This document shows positions 13,356 through 26,252 of a stretch of DNA of 64,000 nt, one piece after another. The stretch comes from Octopus sinensis (Eukaryota): the NCBI RefSeq assembly GCF_006345805.1, contig NW_021831992.1:19468-83467 (forward strand). Direction: 5' to 3'. The first letter of the stretch is position 1; each line of letters begins with the position of its first letter. The translations under genes and the position numbers were made by a program. The notes under the pieces are model-generated. The model was given only the letters and a program-made list of their open reading frames with translations, ran no database searches and was not told the origin of the DNA.

Positions 13356-13680
13356 GTGTGTTTTTTTTTTAAATATGCTCTTCAGTTACACCAACCATAA
13401 ATGTTCAATTGATAATTATTTGTTGACGTCGAAAGGATGATACACAAAGAGAACCGCAGTTGGGATTTGAACTCAGAACGTAAAACTAGAAGAAACGGTG
13501 TTAAGCATGTTGTCCGGTGTGCTAACGATCCTACCTGCTTGAAATGTGCTGATCAGTCTAAAATATTATTATATATATATATATAATTTCAACATTGAGG
13601 GCAAAATTAATTAATTATTAATCAATTTCACCAAGTGTTCAGTATGCAAAGGGACCATTCAAGGCGAATTCAAATATTAC

Positions 13681-13809
13681 ATTATATAAAAGGGCTTAGT
13701 AAAATAAATTACTTTGCCCATACTGAACTATTAGAAATAGCAGCTAAATAGCTGCTATTTCTAATGAGTTCAGTATGCGGCAAAGTAATTTATTTTACTA
13801 AGCCCTTTT

Positions 13810-13817
<8 letters not shown>
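13681..13817. repeat. ~137-bp palindrome with a 2-nt spacer, (TA)n-flanked
   Basis: AAAAGGGCTTAGTAAAATAAATTACTTTGCC-CATACTGAACT-ATTAGAAATAGCAGCTA aa TAGCTGCTATTTC...CTAAGCCCTTTT; only single-base indels differ. Confidence 0.9.
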
Positions 13818-13863
<46 letters not shown>

Positions 13864-13949
13864 ATAATAGAAAAATATGTATATATATGTATGTATGTAA
13901 ATACTCACACACACTTATACACACACACACACCGCACACACACACACAG

Positions 13950-14019
<70 letters not shown>

Positions 14020-14102
14020 ATATTTTACTATAAAATTGGATTCATCCTAAATCTGATTTTTCCCTGTAAATTTGGATTTATTCCCTAATATTTATTATAT
14101 TA

Positions 14103-14142
<40 letters not shown>

Positions 14143-14148
<6 letters not shown>

Positions 14149-15112
14149 GCGTAAGTTATTTCAGGACATACTTTTTGGGGCGCATTGCTGTATTATTTGC
14201 TAACTGTGTATAAACTTCGTTTCAGAAAATAATAATGCCAGACCCTCAACTTTCTCAAGAAGTGAATAGGCATGTTGTTATTGTGGTTATGAAAGCTGAG
14301 CGAGCAATTTAGAAATATCTCGATTTTTAAAAGTTGCCAGATCTTTCGTGTGCAAAGTTTGTAAGGATCAAGAGACTGAAGATGGAAACGTATCACCATT
14401 ATCAACGCATAAAAAGCATTCTAAATGCTCTGAAATTATGAGAACTCCTGCATTTACCCAACACGATCAACAGATCATTGATTACAATACCAGAAAGTCC
14501 AGGAGGTCAATAGGAAAAGATCTCCATGTGTCGGAGGGAGCAGTCAGAAATGTTGCCCACGAACACATCAGATATAAGACTTATATGATAAGGAAAGGTC
14601 AATTTGTCAGAAAAAGCAAAAGAAAATCACTACATCAGATCTAAAAGGCTCTTAAACAAACTGAAGAAGATTTGATTTGGGGTTTTTTCCAAACGAGAAA
14701 AACTTCGACCAAGATCAAAAAGTTAACAGAAGAAATGACAGATAGTTATGTGCAGACACTTCTGAAGTTTCAAGTATAATGCATACAAAATATTTCCTGC
14801 ATCTGTCATGGTTTTAGGGGTTGTCAGCAATGAAAGACAAGTGATGCCACCTTACTTCTTTCTACAGGCCCTTAAATTTAACTCTGCTGCCTACATTGAG
14901 GTCCTGGAAATAATTGTTAAGCCCTGGATAGACAGTATATGCAATGGAAGGCCATATGTATTCCAGTAAGATACGAAACTAGTATATATTTTTCTAGTAA
15001 CAGAGGGATGGATGCCTGAAAATTTCCATGATAACATAACCTCCTAACATTTCGCCTCTAAATTCCCCAGATCTCAATCCATTGGACTATTACATGTGGG
15101 GCGTTGTTGAGA

Positions 15113-15143
<31 letters not shown>

Positions 15144-15415
15144 GCCAATGAACACGCCCATAACACCAAACATTCTTTGAAAGCTGCCATAGAGTAATGT
15201 CTACAATAAACCAAGACCGCCTGATTCGAGCATGTAGATGATTTAGATCTTATTTAGAAGCAGTTGTTGAAACTGAAGGTGGCTTTATTGAATACCATTA
15301 TAGAAAAGAAGGTTTATTTCTATCTTCATTGCGTTTTTTGATGCAGTTATCTTTTACTAAATATCTGTTTTTCTTTATAAATATAAATCTGTCTTCAAAT
15401 ATCTTGCGCACGCTG
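14143..15415 (+). mobile_element. Decayed Tc1/mariner-superfamily transposon, maT (DD37D)-like
   Basis: TIRs TAAGGTGCGTAAGTTATTTCAGGAC / GTCTTCAAATATCTTGCGCACGCTG with TA flanks; broken frames give EKNFDQDQKVNRRNDR, PASVMVLGVVSNE, VKPWIDSICNGRPYVFQ, NSPDLNPLDYYMWGVVERE. Confidence 0.85.
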
Positions 15416-15434
15416 TATATGTAATATATATATA

Positions 15435-15481
<47 letters not shown>

Positions 15482-15486
15482 GTATG

Positions 15487-15517
<31 letters not shown>

Positions 15518-15799
15518 GTATATATATATGTATATATATATATAATTATGTATGTATGTAGGTATGTATGAATGTATAAATGAGTAACAAAGATGTACAG
15601 GTGTCAAAACATTACAGCCGTTCCAATCTTAACTTAGCTGGTTTGCGTTGTCTCGACGCACGGCAGGAATCTCAGGTACAAACTCCCCTGTACGGATCTT
15701 GATAGTCAATATTCAATTAATAATGTTTTGGGTGTGTAGATTATACCGACCTAGAAACGTGCTTCAATTTATGTACCTAATTCAACCGAATCTTAATTA

Positions 15800-15842
<43 letters not shown>

Positions 15843-15897
15843 ACATACATACATATATCTATATAGACATACATATACGCACAAACACACGCACACG

Positions 15898-15981
<84 letters not shown>

Positions 15982-16120
15982 CATATATACATAATACATA
16001 CATACATACATACATACATACATACATACATACATACATACATACATACATACATACATACATAATTACATACATACATACATATAGTGAGATAAATAAG
16101 TATATATTTATATATGTATA

Positions 16121-16533
16121 CAGGACTGGCTGTGTGGTAAATAGCTTGCGTACCAGTCAGATGGTTCCAGATTCAATCCCAATGCATGGTACCTTGGAAA
16201 GTGTTTCTTCTATACCCTCGGGCTGACCAAAACCTTGTGAGTAGATTTGGTAAAAGGAAACTAAAAGAAGCCCGTCGTATATATATATATATATATATTT
16301 ATATGCATGTATGTGTATATGTTTGTGCGTCTATATTTGGCCACCCCACCCCAGCATCACTTGACATCCGATGCTGTTGCATTTACGACCCTTACATTAG
16401 CGGTTCAACAAAAGAGACCGATAGAATATATACTAGGCTTACAAAGAATAAGTCCAGGAGTTGATTTCTTTGATTAATGAAGTTGCTCCTGCATGATCGC
16501 AATCAAATGACTGAAACAAGTAAAGGAGTAAAG
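16121..16533 (+). mobile_element. SINE group A
   Basis: Head, internal microsatellite and AAACAAGTAAAGGAGTAAAG tail. Confidence 0.88.
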
Positions 16534-17379
16534 ATATATTGTGTGAGTGTGTGTGTGTGAGTATGTATGCGTGTGTGCGTGTGTATGTGTGTGCATGTAT
16601 GTATATTTATAAACATATGTGTGTGTGTGTCTGTCTGTCTGTGCGGGCGCAGGAGATAGTAAACAAAAACAGATGCTCTCACATTCCCTTGTACATAAAA
16701 CACAGACACACACACTCACACACACATACATACACACATTCACCAATGCACATATATATATATATATATATTTATTATATATATATATATATGTGTGTGT
16801 GTGTATATATATATATACATCTAACGAGCTTTATAAATAGTTACAGATATAAACAGAAAGAGATAAAGAGAAGAAAAAAAGACAAACAGACAGACAAACA
16901 GACAGACAGACAGATAGACAGATCTAAATTATGTATTTCCCCACCACTCTCCCACACAGACACACACACATTTATACGCAATTACACACATAAGCCTTAG
17001 TAGGTGGGTGTATGTCTGTATTTAGACCAATATTGACGTGTGTGCGTCTGTGTGTGTGTGTGTCTGTGTGTGTCTGTGTGTGTCTGTGTGTGTCTGTGTG
17101 TGTGTGTGTGTGTGTGTGCATGACTGATTCTATTTTCATTTTCAATGGTGGTATTTCTGAGGATATATATATATCTTTTTGAATCTCTGTACTCCATAAC
17201 GATTTTGCGTAGGAGTAACTTATATATGCTGTACTGTGTTGTGTGTGTGTGTGTGCTTGTCTATGTGTGTGTGCATGCATGCGTATGTGTATGTATGCAT
17301 GCAATTAATGCGTCACAAGTGTTGCATGTCACGTGAGGAATTCCTCTGTGACGTCGCCTACAAAATGGCTGCCATCAAC

Positions 17380-17380
<1 letters not shown>

Positions 17381-17418
<38 letters not shown>

Positions 17419-17432
17419 TTTATTTTTATTTC

Positions 17433-17499
<67 letters not shown>

Positions 17500-17500
17500 T

Positions 17501-17554
<54 letters not shown>

Positions 17555-17572
17555 TTATTATCATCATTATTA
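17381..17572. repeat. (ATT)n switching to (AGT)n triplet array
   Basis: Direct inspection. Confidence 0.95.
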
Positions 17573-17867
17573 ATCGTGGAAAAAATATCTTTCATTCTTC
17601 AACAAAATGTTATAACAAGGGAGGTTAGTTGTTACAATGAATGAACAATAGAAGTGTTTTTGTTCTCTGTGTGTGTGTGTATGTGTGTGTGGGTGTGTGT
17701 GTGAGTGTGGGTGGGGCGTGTGTGTGTGTGTGTGTGTGTGTTTCCTTGCTTTTCTATGTTTATTAGAGAGAATACGTAAGTGTTCGAATGTATATGTGCG
17801 TATGTTGTTTGTGATTGAGTGTGTATATGTATCTAACTGTATTTTTTCATTCATTTGTTTCTGTCAC

Positions 17868-18271
17868 CTGTTTCTGTCATTATACTGTCGCCATGCTGGG
17901 GCACCGCCTTGAAGGGTATAGTTGATCAAATCGACCCCGGGACTTATTCTTTGCAAGCCTAGTACTTATTCTATCGTTTTCTTTTGCCGAACCGCTAAGT
18001 TACGGGGACGTAAACACACCAGCGTCGGTTGTCAAGCAATGTTTGGGGGACAAACACAGACACACAAGCATATACACACACACATATATATGTATATATA
18101 CCTATATACGACGGGCTTCATTCAGTTTCCGCCAACCAAATCCATTCACAAGGCTGTGGTCGGCCCGAGACTATAGTAGAAGACACTTGCCCAACGTGCC
18201 ACGCATTCGGACTGAACCCGGAACCATGTGGTTGGTAAACAAGCTACTTACCACACAGCCACTCCTGCGCC
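17868..18271 (-). mobile_element. SINE group A
   Basis: Reverse complement of the group A consensus; a second head fragment lies at ~18380-18512. Confidence 0.88.
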
Positions 18272-19345
18272 TACGTGTATGTATATTTTTGATATTTAGC
18301 AGAATTGACGGTGTGACTCAAGGTCCTAGAGTTTCGTGCGTTGACACTTACGACGTGCTTTTTTCACATTTTGTCGACCATATCCACTCTCAAGGCTTTG
18401 GTCGGCCTGAAATTACAGTAACAGACATTTGCCCAAGAGGCCATGCAGTGGGACTGAACCCTGAATCATGTTGTTGGGCAGGAAAGCTTCTTACCACACA
18501 GCCGCGCCTGCACTTACGTATATGTGTGAATGTGTAGGAGTGCGACAGGAAGAGAAAGAAGAGTCTGTGTATATGTCTGCATATGTGTGTATGTGCTAGA
18601 TGTGCGAGGCTATATGTGTATTTTATGTGTGAGGACGCAAAGTACATATATTAATCTTTGTGTGTGTGTGTGTGTGAGAGAGAGAGTGACAGAGAGAGAG
18701 GGAGAGAGTGAGAGAGAGAGAGAGAAAATGTATGGCTTTTTTTTAATGTAGATGGTTGATATTGTGTGTGTATGTGTGTGTAGCAGCGAGGTAGAGAAAA
18801 TGCTTGTATATATGTATTGATTAAAGAGCATGTACGTATGCATATTATGCGTGTGCAAGGAGAATAGAGAGTGTCTCCTTGCAAGAGAGAACGAGAGAGA
18901 TGGGCGGGAGAAGGAGAGTACATTAACGTCTGCAAGTGTGCATTTGCGTGCGTTTCTGTGTATTAATGTGAGTAAAAAAGATCAAAGTAATCGAATCCGT
19001 TATTTCATTTTCTTCTAATTGATTTTTGTTTCATTACTTATTAATGAATTTTTATTTATTTCTCTCGTCTCACCATGCTATACACACCGTCTCAAACAAT
19101 ACAGCCCTCGTCTGATTGGATAGCGTATTCAACTACATGTTACCGATCAACAGGCAAGAATACAATGGAGAATGTCTAGTCGTTTATTTATTATTGTTGT
19201 GGTTACCAAAGTCGAAGCTCAATATCACACGGGTCTACTTGAAATCACATAACACAATCAAGACAGTCCTGCGATTTGAAACATCCGGGAACAGTGCAAG
19301 TTATAGGCAAGTATGGCTGAAGAGTAAGTTATAGGCATATATATG

Positions 19346-19577
19346 AAGGCGGCGAGCTGGCAGAATCGTTAGCACGCCGGGCGAAATGCGTAGACGTATT
19401 TCGTCTGCTGTTACGTTCTGTGTTCAAATTTCGCCGAGATCGACTTTGCCTTTCATCCTTTCGGGGTCGATAAATTAAGTACCAGTTACGCACTGGAGTC
19501 GATATAATCGACTTAATCCGTCTGTCTGTCCTTGTTTGTCTCCTCTGTGTTTAGCCCTTGTGAGTAGTAAAGAAATA
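19346..19577 (+). mobile_element. tRNA-headed SINE group B (Nin/Deu-like central domain), monomer
   Basis: A box TGGCAGAATCGTT, B box GTTCAAATT; GCCTTTCATCCTTTCGGGGTCGATAAATTAAGTACCAG domain; tail GTTTAGCCCTTGTGAGTAGTAAAGAAAT. Confidence 0.88.
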
Positions 19578-19578
19578 A

Positions 19579-19671
<93 letters not shown>

Positions 19672-19689
19672 TATTATTATTATCATCGT

Positions 19690-20245
19690 CATAATTATTG
19701 GGTGAGAGAGCAGTGCATGCCATCAAAGTGACACTAGGGTACGAATTTACGAAGCCCAATATACCCATCATGACTGATAAGCGTATACCAGACACATGCA
19801 TCACAACCATATGTGCGCAACATGGTGGTCTCATACGAAGATAAACAGCGCATGACCTTGCAGGTGGCGTCCAGCTAGAATTTTCTTCTGGTTGAGTTGC
19901 ACATCCCGCTCAAAAGGTTCCTGAATAAGTTTTGTTTTAAGGATGATGTATAAAACACCCACATCTCCAGGGGTGAATTATTCATTGTCCAAAGAATTCC
20001 TCTCAATACATGTCAATGATGCTCCACGACAAAGCTTCTGCTCATGATCAGAGATGCAAATGTCAGCTACCAAGGGACATGATCAACTGGTTAAGGTCAA
20101 ACAACTGATAAGCAAATCTTTGGTATTGAGCAGAATATTTGCTGTACTCCATCTTTTATACCAAGGCAAAACAATGTACATGATAAGACTTTCAATCAAT
20201 TAAGATCAAAAGTCATGAGAGCTGCCGCCTGGTCCTGCATCAGGG
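19690..20245. mobile_element. Interspersed repeat (related copy inverted at ~22740-22940), family unassigned
   Basis: CATGATCAGAGATGCA..TGGTTAAGGTCAA..TGGTATTG..GATATTTGCT shared in reverse with 22780-22870. Confidence 0.5.
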
Positions 20246-20293
20246 CAGTTATCATTATCATCATCATCATCATTATCATCATCATCATCACCG

Positions 20294-20351
<58 letters not shown>

Positions 20352-21303
20352 AGAGGTAGGTGTGCAAGCAGAATCGCTTGCCCGCCGGATGATATATTTA
20401 ACGGTATTTCACCCGTCTCTACGTCCTGGGGTTCAAATTCCGCCGAGGTCGACTGCCTTTCCTCCTTTTGGAGTCGATAAAATAAATACTAGTTGAGAAC
20501 TGGAGTTAATGTAATTGACTCTTCCCCTCCTCCAAAATTCCAGGCCTTGTGCTTTCAGCAGAAGAGATTATTAGAGTTCAAATTTCCGCCGAGATCGACT
20601 TTACTTTACATCCTTCCGGTGTCGTTAAAATAAGTGCCAGTTGAGCATGGAGTCGATGTACCACGCCCAACCCTGCCAAAATTTTTGTCTTGTGCCAAAT
20701 TTGAAATAATTATTATTGTTGCTGTTGTTGTTTTTGTAATGTTTTTTGCTTTGTGAGGTGTACTTTTTGTGATTTATTTGTATTTTTACGGAAAATGTGG
20801 TGCGGAGGGGAAGTCATTTATTTAGTTTAGGTCAAATTGACACCATGTTGAATATGGAAGAAGATGGTCTTAATGGCTCTGCAGAAAGTTAGAAGGAAAC
20901 TCAAGCAACGGAAGCGAAAGATAAAATTGAAAGATATGATATGTTCAATTTGACATTTCCAAATTCCATGAAGATAAATTGAAGAAATTTCCATGAAAGA
21001 TTAATTCGCAGAGACGATGGTATCGAGACTCGTTCTACCCACACACAAGAATACATAGGCAGACCGATATATGGCGTGTACGTACGTGTACACACACACG
21101 CACACACACACACAAACACTCAACACATACAAAACATACAAGCAACACACATGTACACTTTTGTTATTTATTCTTCTCGATGTTAATAAAAGTTTCAATC
21201 CCACTTTCTCTCTGTATATCTCTACTTCTCTCTTACTTATTTACTCTCTCTCTCTCGCTCCTTTACTTTCTCTACCTCTCTCTCTCTTCTCTTTCTCTCT
21301 CTC

Positions 21304-21345
<42 letters not shown>

Positions 21346-21537
21346 TCCTTTAATATCTCTACTTCTCCCTCTCTCGCAATCTATATCTATACATCTCTTT
21401 CTCTCATTTCCTTTCATTTTTGTGTGCAAACATTTTATATACGTGTGTGTATGTGCCTTTGAGTGTAAAGTATATATGTGTGTGTATGTGTGTATAAGTA
21501 AATAGCGTGTATATATATATATGTGTGTGTGTGTGTA

Positions 21538-21951
21538 CATGGCTGTGTGGTAAGTAGCTTGCTAACCAACCACATGGTTCCGGGTTCAGTCCCACTGCGT
21601 GGCACCTTGGGCGAGTGTCTTCTACTATAGCCTCGGGCCGACCAATGCCTTGTGAGTGGATTTGATAGACGGAAACTGAAAGAAGCCTGTCGTAAATATG
21701 AATCTAAATATATATATGTATGTGTGTGTGTGTTTGTGTGTCTGTATTTGTCTCCCTAGCATTGCTTGACAACCGATGCTGGTGTGTTTACGTCCCCGTC
21801 ACTTAGCGGTTCGGCAAAAGAGACCGATAGAATAAGTACTAGGCTTACAAGGAATAAGTCCCGGGGTCGATTTGCTCGACTAAAGGCGGTGCTCCAGCAT
21901 GGCCGAAGTCAAATGACTGAAACAAGTAAAAGAGTAAAAGAGTAAAAGAGT
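21538..21951 (+). mobile_element. SINE group A, near consensus, (AAAAGAGT)n tail
   Basis: Full match to other copies; tail AAAAGAGTAAAAGAGTAAAAGAGT. Confidence 0.92.
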
Positions 21952-22959
21952 ATATATACACACACACATATATATATACATATATATACACACACATATA
22001 TACATATATATATACACACACACACATATATATATACATATATATATACATACACACATATATATATATATACATGTATATACACACACACATACACACA
22101 GAAAAATAAAAATAGAACCGCTAATGTGACTATCGGTATTGTTGATTTCCTTCTCTTTCTAATATTTCGGTTCGTGACGTCATAGCAGCTATATAACTTA
22201 TCTCTTTAAATTTCGATATTTGACTAACGTGTTGACACTGATTATTGCCTAAACAACTTTCATTAACCCAGTATATATATATATTTGTTTATACCAACGA
22301 CGCCTTCCCGACAACAATGTTGTCCACTTTTTCAATGAAATTTATCCTATTTTGTTTGAATTGAAGCATTGATAGGTTAAGATTGCTAACACTGTGATTA
22401 TGGTTATTTCTGTATCTTTGATTCTTTTCTTTTCTTTTCTTTCCTTCATTTTCCCGCACACTCCTGTAAAATTATGCAGAAACCTTCGCTATTCTGAGCG
22501 ATTTTTCCTTAACTTATTTTCTCTGTATAATGAGTAGCTGGAACTCAATTGATTAAAGCTAGGATTCTTTTCCACAATAACACTTTTTTTTTTCTTTTGT
22601 CTTTTGCCAGTAAGTGTCATTTCCTATTTTTCCTATCTTGATATCAAAGAAAATTACCACCATTCCCTTCAAACTTTGATTCTGTGACCTATATATCATG
22701 TTTGAAACTGACCTGTTTTCCATTACAGTTCAGACAGCTTCAGCATTGAGTTGCTGAAGCAGAAATATCGTTATAGCAAATATCATGTCCAATACCACAG
22801 ATTTACTTGACCTTAACCAACTGAGCATAGCCGTTAGTGGACAACACTATGTGCATCTCTGATCATGCGCAGGAGTAGCGGAGGAGCATCATAGTCATGG
22901 GATGAGCAGGAGTGTTTGGGGCTTGAATAAATGTAACAAAAACAAAGTTTGAAGGTCAT

Positions 22960-23058
22960 TACTCTTTTACTCTTTTACTTGTTTCAGTCATTTGACTGCG
23001 GCCATGCTGGAGCACCGCCTTTAGTCGAGCAGATCGACCCCAGGACTATTCTTTATAC

Positions 23059-23134
<76 letters not shown>

Positions 23135-23267
23135 CGACGGGCTTCTATCAGTTTCCGTCTACCAAATCCACTCACAAGACAATTGGCCAAGGTGCCACGC
23201 AGTGGGACTGATCCCGGAACCATGTGGTTGGTAAGCAAGCTGCTTCCCACACAGCCACTCCTGCGCC
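22960..23267 (-). mobile_element. SINE group A with internal deletion
   Basis: Head and tail present; post-microsatellite body missing. Confidence 0.85.
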
Positions 23268-23904
23268 ATTTTTCATTCTTTCTAAAGGTAAGAAAATCGG
23301 GAGCAACAGGTGCTATCCAAGGAAAATTATCGTACTACACTGCGTAATTATGAAACATGAAGGAAATATATGAAAAAGTACTTCTTGAAATTTATTAACC
23401 ATATCATTCCTTTGATGTACTAAACTATTTAAAGTAGTACATATTTTTGAGAACAACTAAAATGTCGGCAACTGAAGTTCAGAATTGATTTAATAGTGTC
23501 ATATGACACATGATAGCACCTGCTATCTGCTGGAATATAGGCTTAGTTTACAAGTACCAGTTTCTGTAAGTGATGTTGCCAAGTTTAATGACGGCTTTAG
23601 ATTAGATATGCATTCTAACTGTTCTATAATTTACAAATTTATTCTGCCGTCCAACCCTCTTCAATGACTGGTTAGGTTCCACCCACTTTGCATTTCTTCA
23701 ATGTTGGTAATTGTGTTTCGAAATTTCACTTGATGTTGAAATGTCGATTCGTCCGCGTGTCATTGTTCGCTTATATATTTGGTAAGTCTGATGACGCACA
23801 TCGATTCTCTGTCGAGTTTCTGGTAGATCATAAGTTCTTTTATTTCAATAGCTTCTTTCCTTGAACAAGAGCGGGCGCGAACTCATTAAAATTAAAATGG
23901 AAGA

Positions 23905-24345
23905 AATACAAACCTATTTCGGATTGATCGGTGAATCTAGGATAACACCACCAAACGAAATTTAAAAAAGTAAGTTAAAGAAAAGACTATTGTCTATAAA
24001 GTATACAATGTAGAGAAAAAAAAAGATTTGAACACCTGGAGGAAAGCACCATCGAAAAGTGTCTTGGTGCAACTATGAAAGATATCAAGTATCTAACCAG
24101 AGGCGGTAAATTCGCCACAATAGAAGCAAGGTTCAAGTCAACGGAGCGTGCAAGGGCGTACTCGACTCGAACCTTGCAAAGTGGAAATATTTTATTTTTA
24201 CATTTATATCTGGGACGTAGGACGTCCCGGATAAAAATTTAAAATGTCCCCCCAGAAGTGGAGGTAGGCTGGATTGTAGCCACACTTCTATACAAGAGGG
24301 AGGACACGATACAATTGATCGAATTTGCAAGAGACGCGTCTACAA
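23905..24345 (+). pseudogene. Decayed LINE ORF1-like fragment (L1/Tx1 type)
   Basis: Broken frames give MEEIQTYFGLIGE... and TIEKCLGATMKDIKYLTRGGKFATIEARFKSTERARAYSTRTLQSGNILFLHLYLGRRTSRIKI*NVPPEVEVGWIVA; assignment by resemblance only. Confidence 0.45.
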
Positions 24346-24564
24346 TACCAGTCTGTTATATATTTTGAGTATTGTTATCACTAGCGATATCAAGATATAA
24401 CTTTGTATTTTGTATTTTATGTGTATATGTATATATATATAGATGTACATGTAATATGTACACATATATATACATGCGCTAGCACTATGACCCGGCAACG
24501 ACGGGTCATAGTGCTGGTATATATATATATATATATGTATATACACACATACACACACACATAA

Positions 24565-24602
<38 letters not shown>

Positions 24603-24603
24603 C

Positions 24604-24656
<53 letters not shown>

Positions 24657-24999
24657 GTATAGACAGATAGATGTAGAAGGGCAGAAAGAGCAGGAGATGC
24701 AATAAATCATGTTGCTAGAAGTGCATGTAAAGAAGTCAGTGATATGATAGGGACGATGGCGGGTGCTGTGGGGATGGTGATGCTGGGGGGTAGGGGTAAG
24801 TGCGGCAGCGAGGGCGGAGGTAGGGAAACGAGCCAGGTTTGGAGGTGGGATACATATCTTAATATGCCTTCTGTCAGAATCGTCTCTTCCGTGTGAAGGA
24901 TGTGTGTCATCTATTCCAGTGTCACCTCCTCCCCTCTGATCAGAGAAGGTGAGTATGGGGGGATCTTCATTAAGGGTCCGACAAGAATATGACGCCAGA

Positions 25000-25235
25000 T
25001 GGTGGCGAACTGGCAGAAAAGGTAGAACGCCGGGAAAAATGCTTAGCGGTATTTCGTCTGCCGTTACGTTCTGAGTTCAAATTCCGCCGAGGTCGACTTT
25101 GCCTTTCATCCTTTCGGGGTCGATTAAATAAGTACCAGTTATGTACTGGGGTCGATACACTCGACTTAACCCGTTTGTCTGTCCTTGTTTGTCCCCTCTG
25201 TGTGTAGCTTGTCGTGGGCAATAAAGAAATAAGAA
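25000..25235 (+). mobile_element. SINE group B followed by (GAT)n/(GAC)n arrays
   Basis: Consensus match. Confidence 0.88.
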
Positions 25236-25282
25236 TGTGATGCCAGATAATGAAGATGATGACGACGACGGTGATGATGATA

Positions 25283-25330
<48 letters not shown>

Positions 25331-26063
25331 ATGATGATGATGATGATGATGATGATGGACAGCTATGAGGATGACGCCTGACAAAGTTGGAGTTTGCAAC
25401 GATGGAGATGACGACGACGACGATGACGACGACAACGATGACAACGACGACGTTGATGATGGCGATGACGATCACAACAACGACTATGATGATGATGGCG
25501 ATGATGATCATCAAAATTATCACATCTTGCTTTACATGTATAAAAACCACGTATGCAGTAGACACATCCATACATGTAAACGTGTGCAGGGCTTACGTAA
25601 CGAAACAAGGATGTTATGTTTAATTAGCTGTCTTGTAATTACAACAAGCTGCTCCTTAGTTTATGAGTCACTAATTGTTCATCTTTGACTCACTGGATAA
25701 ACGTTAAACTCATTATCTAGTTAGTTATTTAATTTCACTAATGAGCAAACAATTAACTAATCACACTCATGACCACATTAAATAATATTCAGCTGATTGA
25801 CCGATTTCTACTTCTTTGAACTTAATTATACGTATATTATTTAAGTAAAATTTGAATTCAATTTACTAACCGACAGCTGATTCAATGATTAGCAGTGCTT
25901 AATTAACTAATTATGAGAACCTTTTATTAATTCATGTACTGAGGCCAAATACCTGTCCCTGTGTGTCTCTTTCTCTCTCTATTTCTATGTCTCTCCCTCT
26001 CTCTCTCTTCCTCACTCTCTTCCCCTGCCACTCTCCATATATATATATTATATATATATATAT

Positions 26064-26252
26064 GGCGCAGGAGTAGCTTCCTTACCAACCAAGTGATTCC
26101 GGGTTCAGTCTCACGGGCAAGGGTCTTCTTCTATAGCCTCAGACCGACCAAATCCTAGTGAGAGGACTTGGTTGACGGAAACTGAAAGAAACCCGTCGTG
26201 TGTGTGTGTCTGTGTTTGTTCCCCCAACATCGCTTGACAATGACAACCGATG
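26064..26252 (+). mobile_element. SINE group A, 3'-truncated
   Basis: Head through CATCGCTTGACAA. Confidence 0.8.

Noticed and set aside
22175-22196. Perfect CRE (TGACGTCA) next to TATATAA
   Set aside because: Only 7 bp apart, and both motifs are expected by chance in 64 kb of AT-rich DNA
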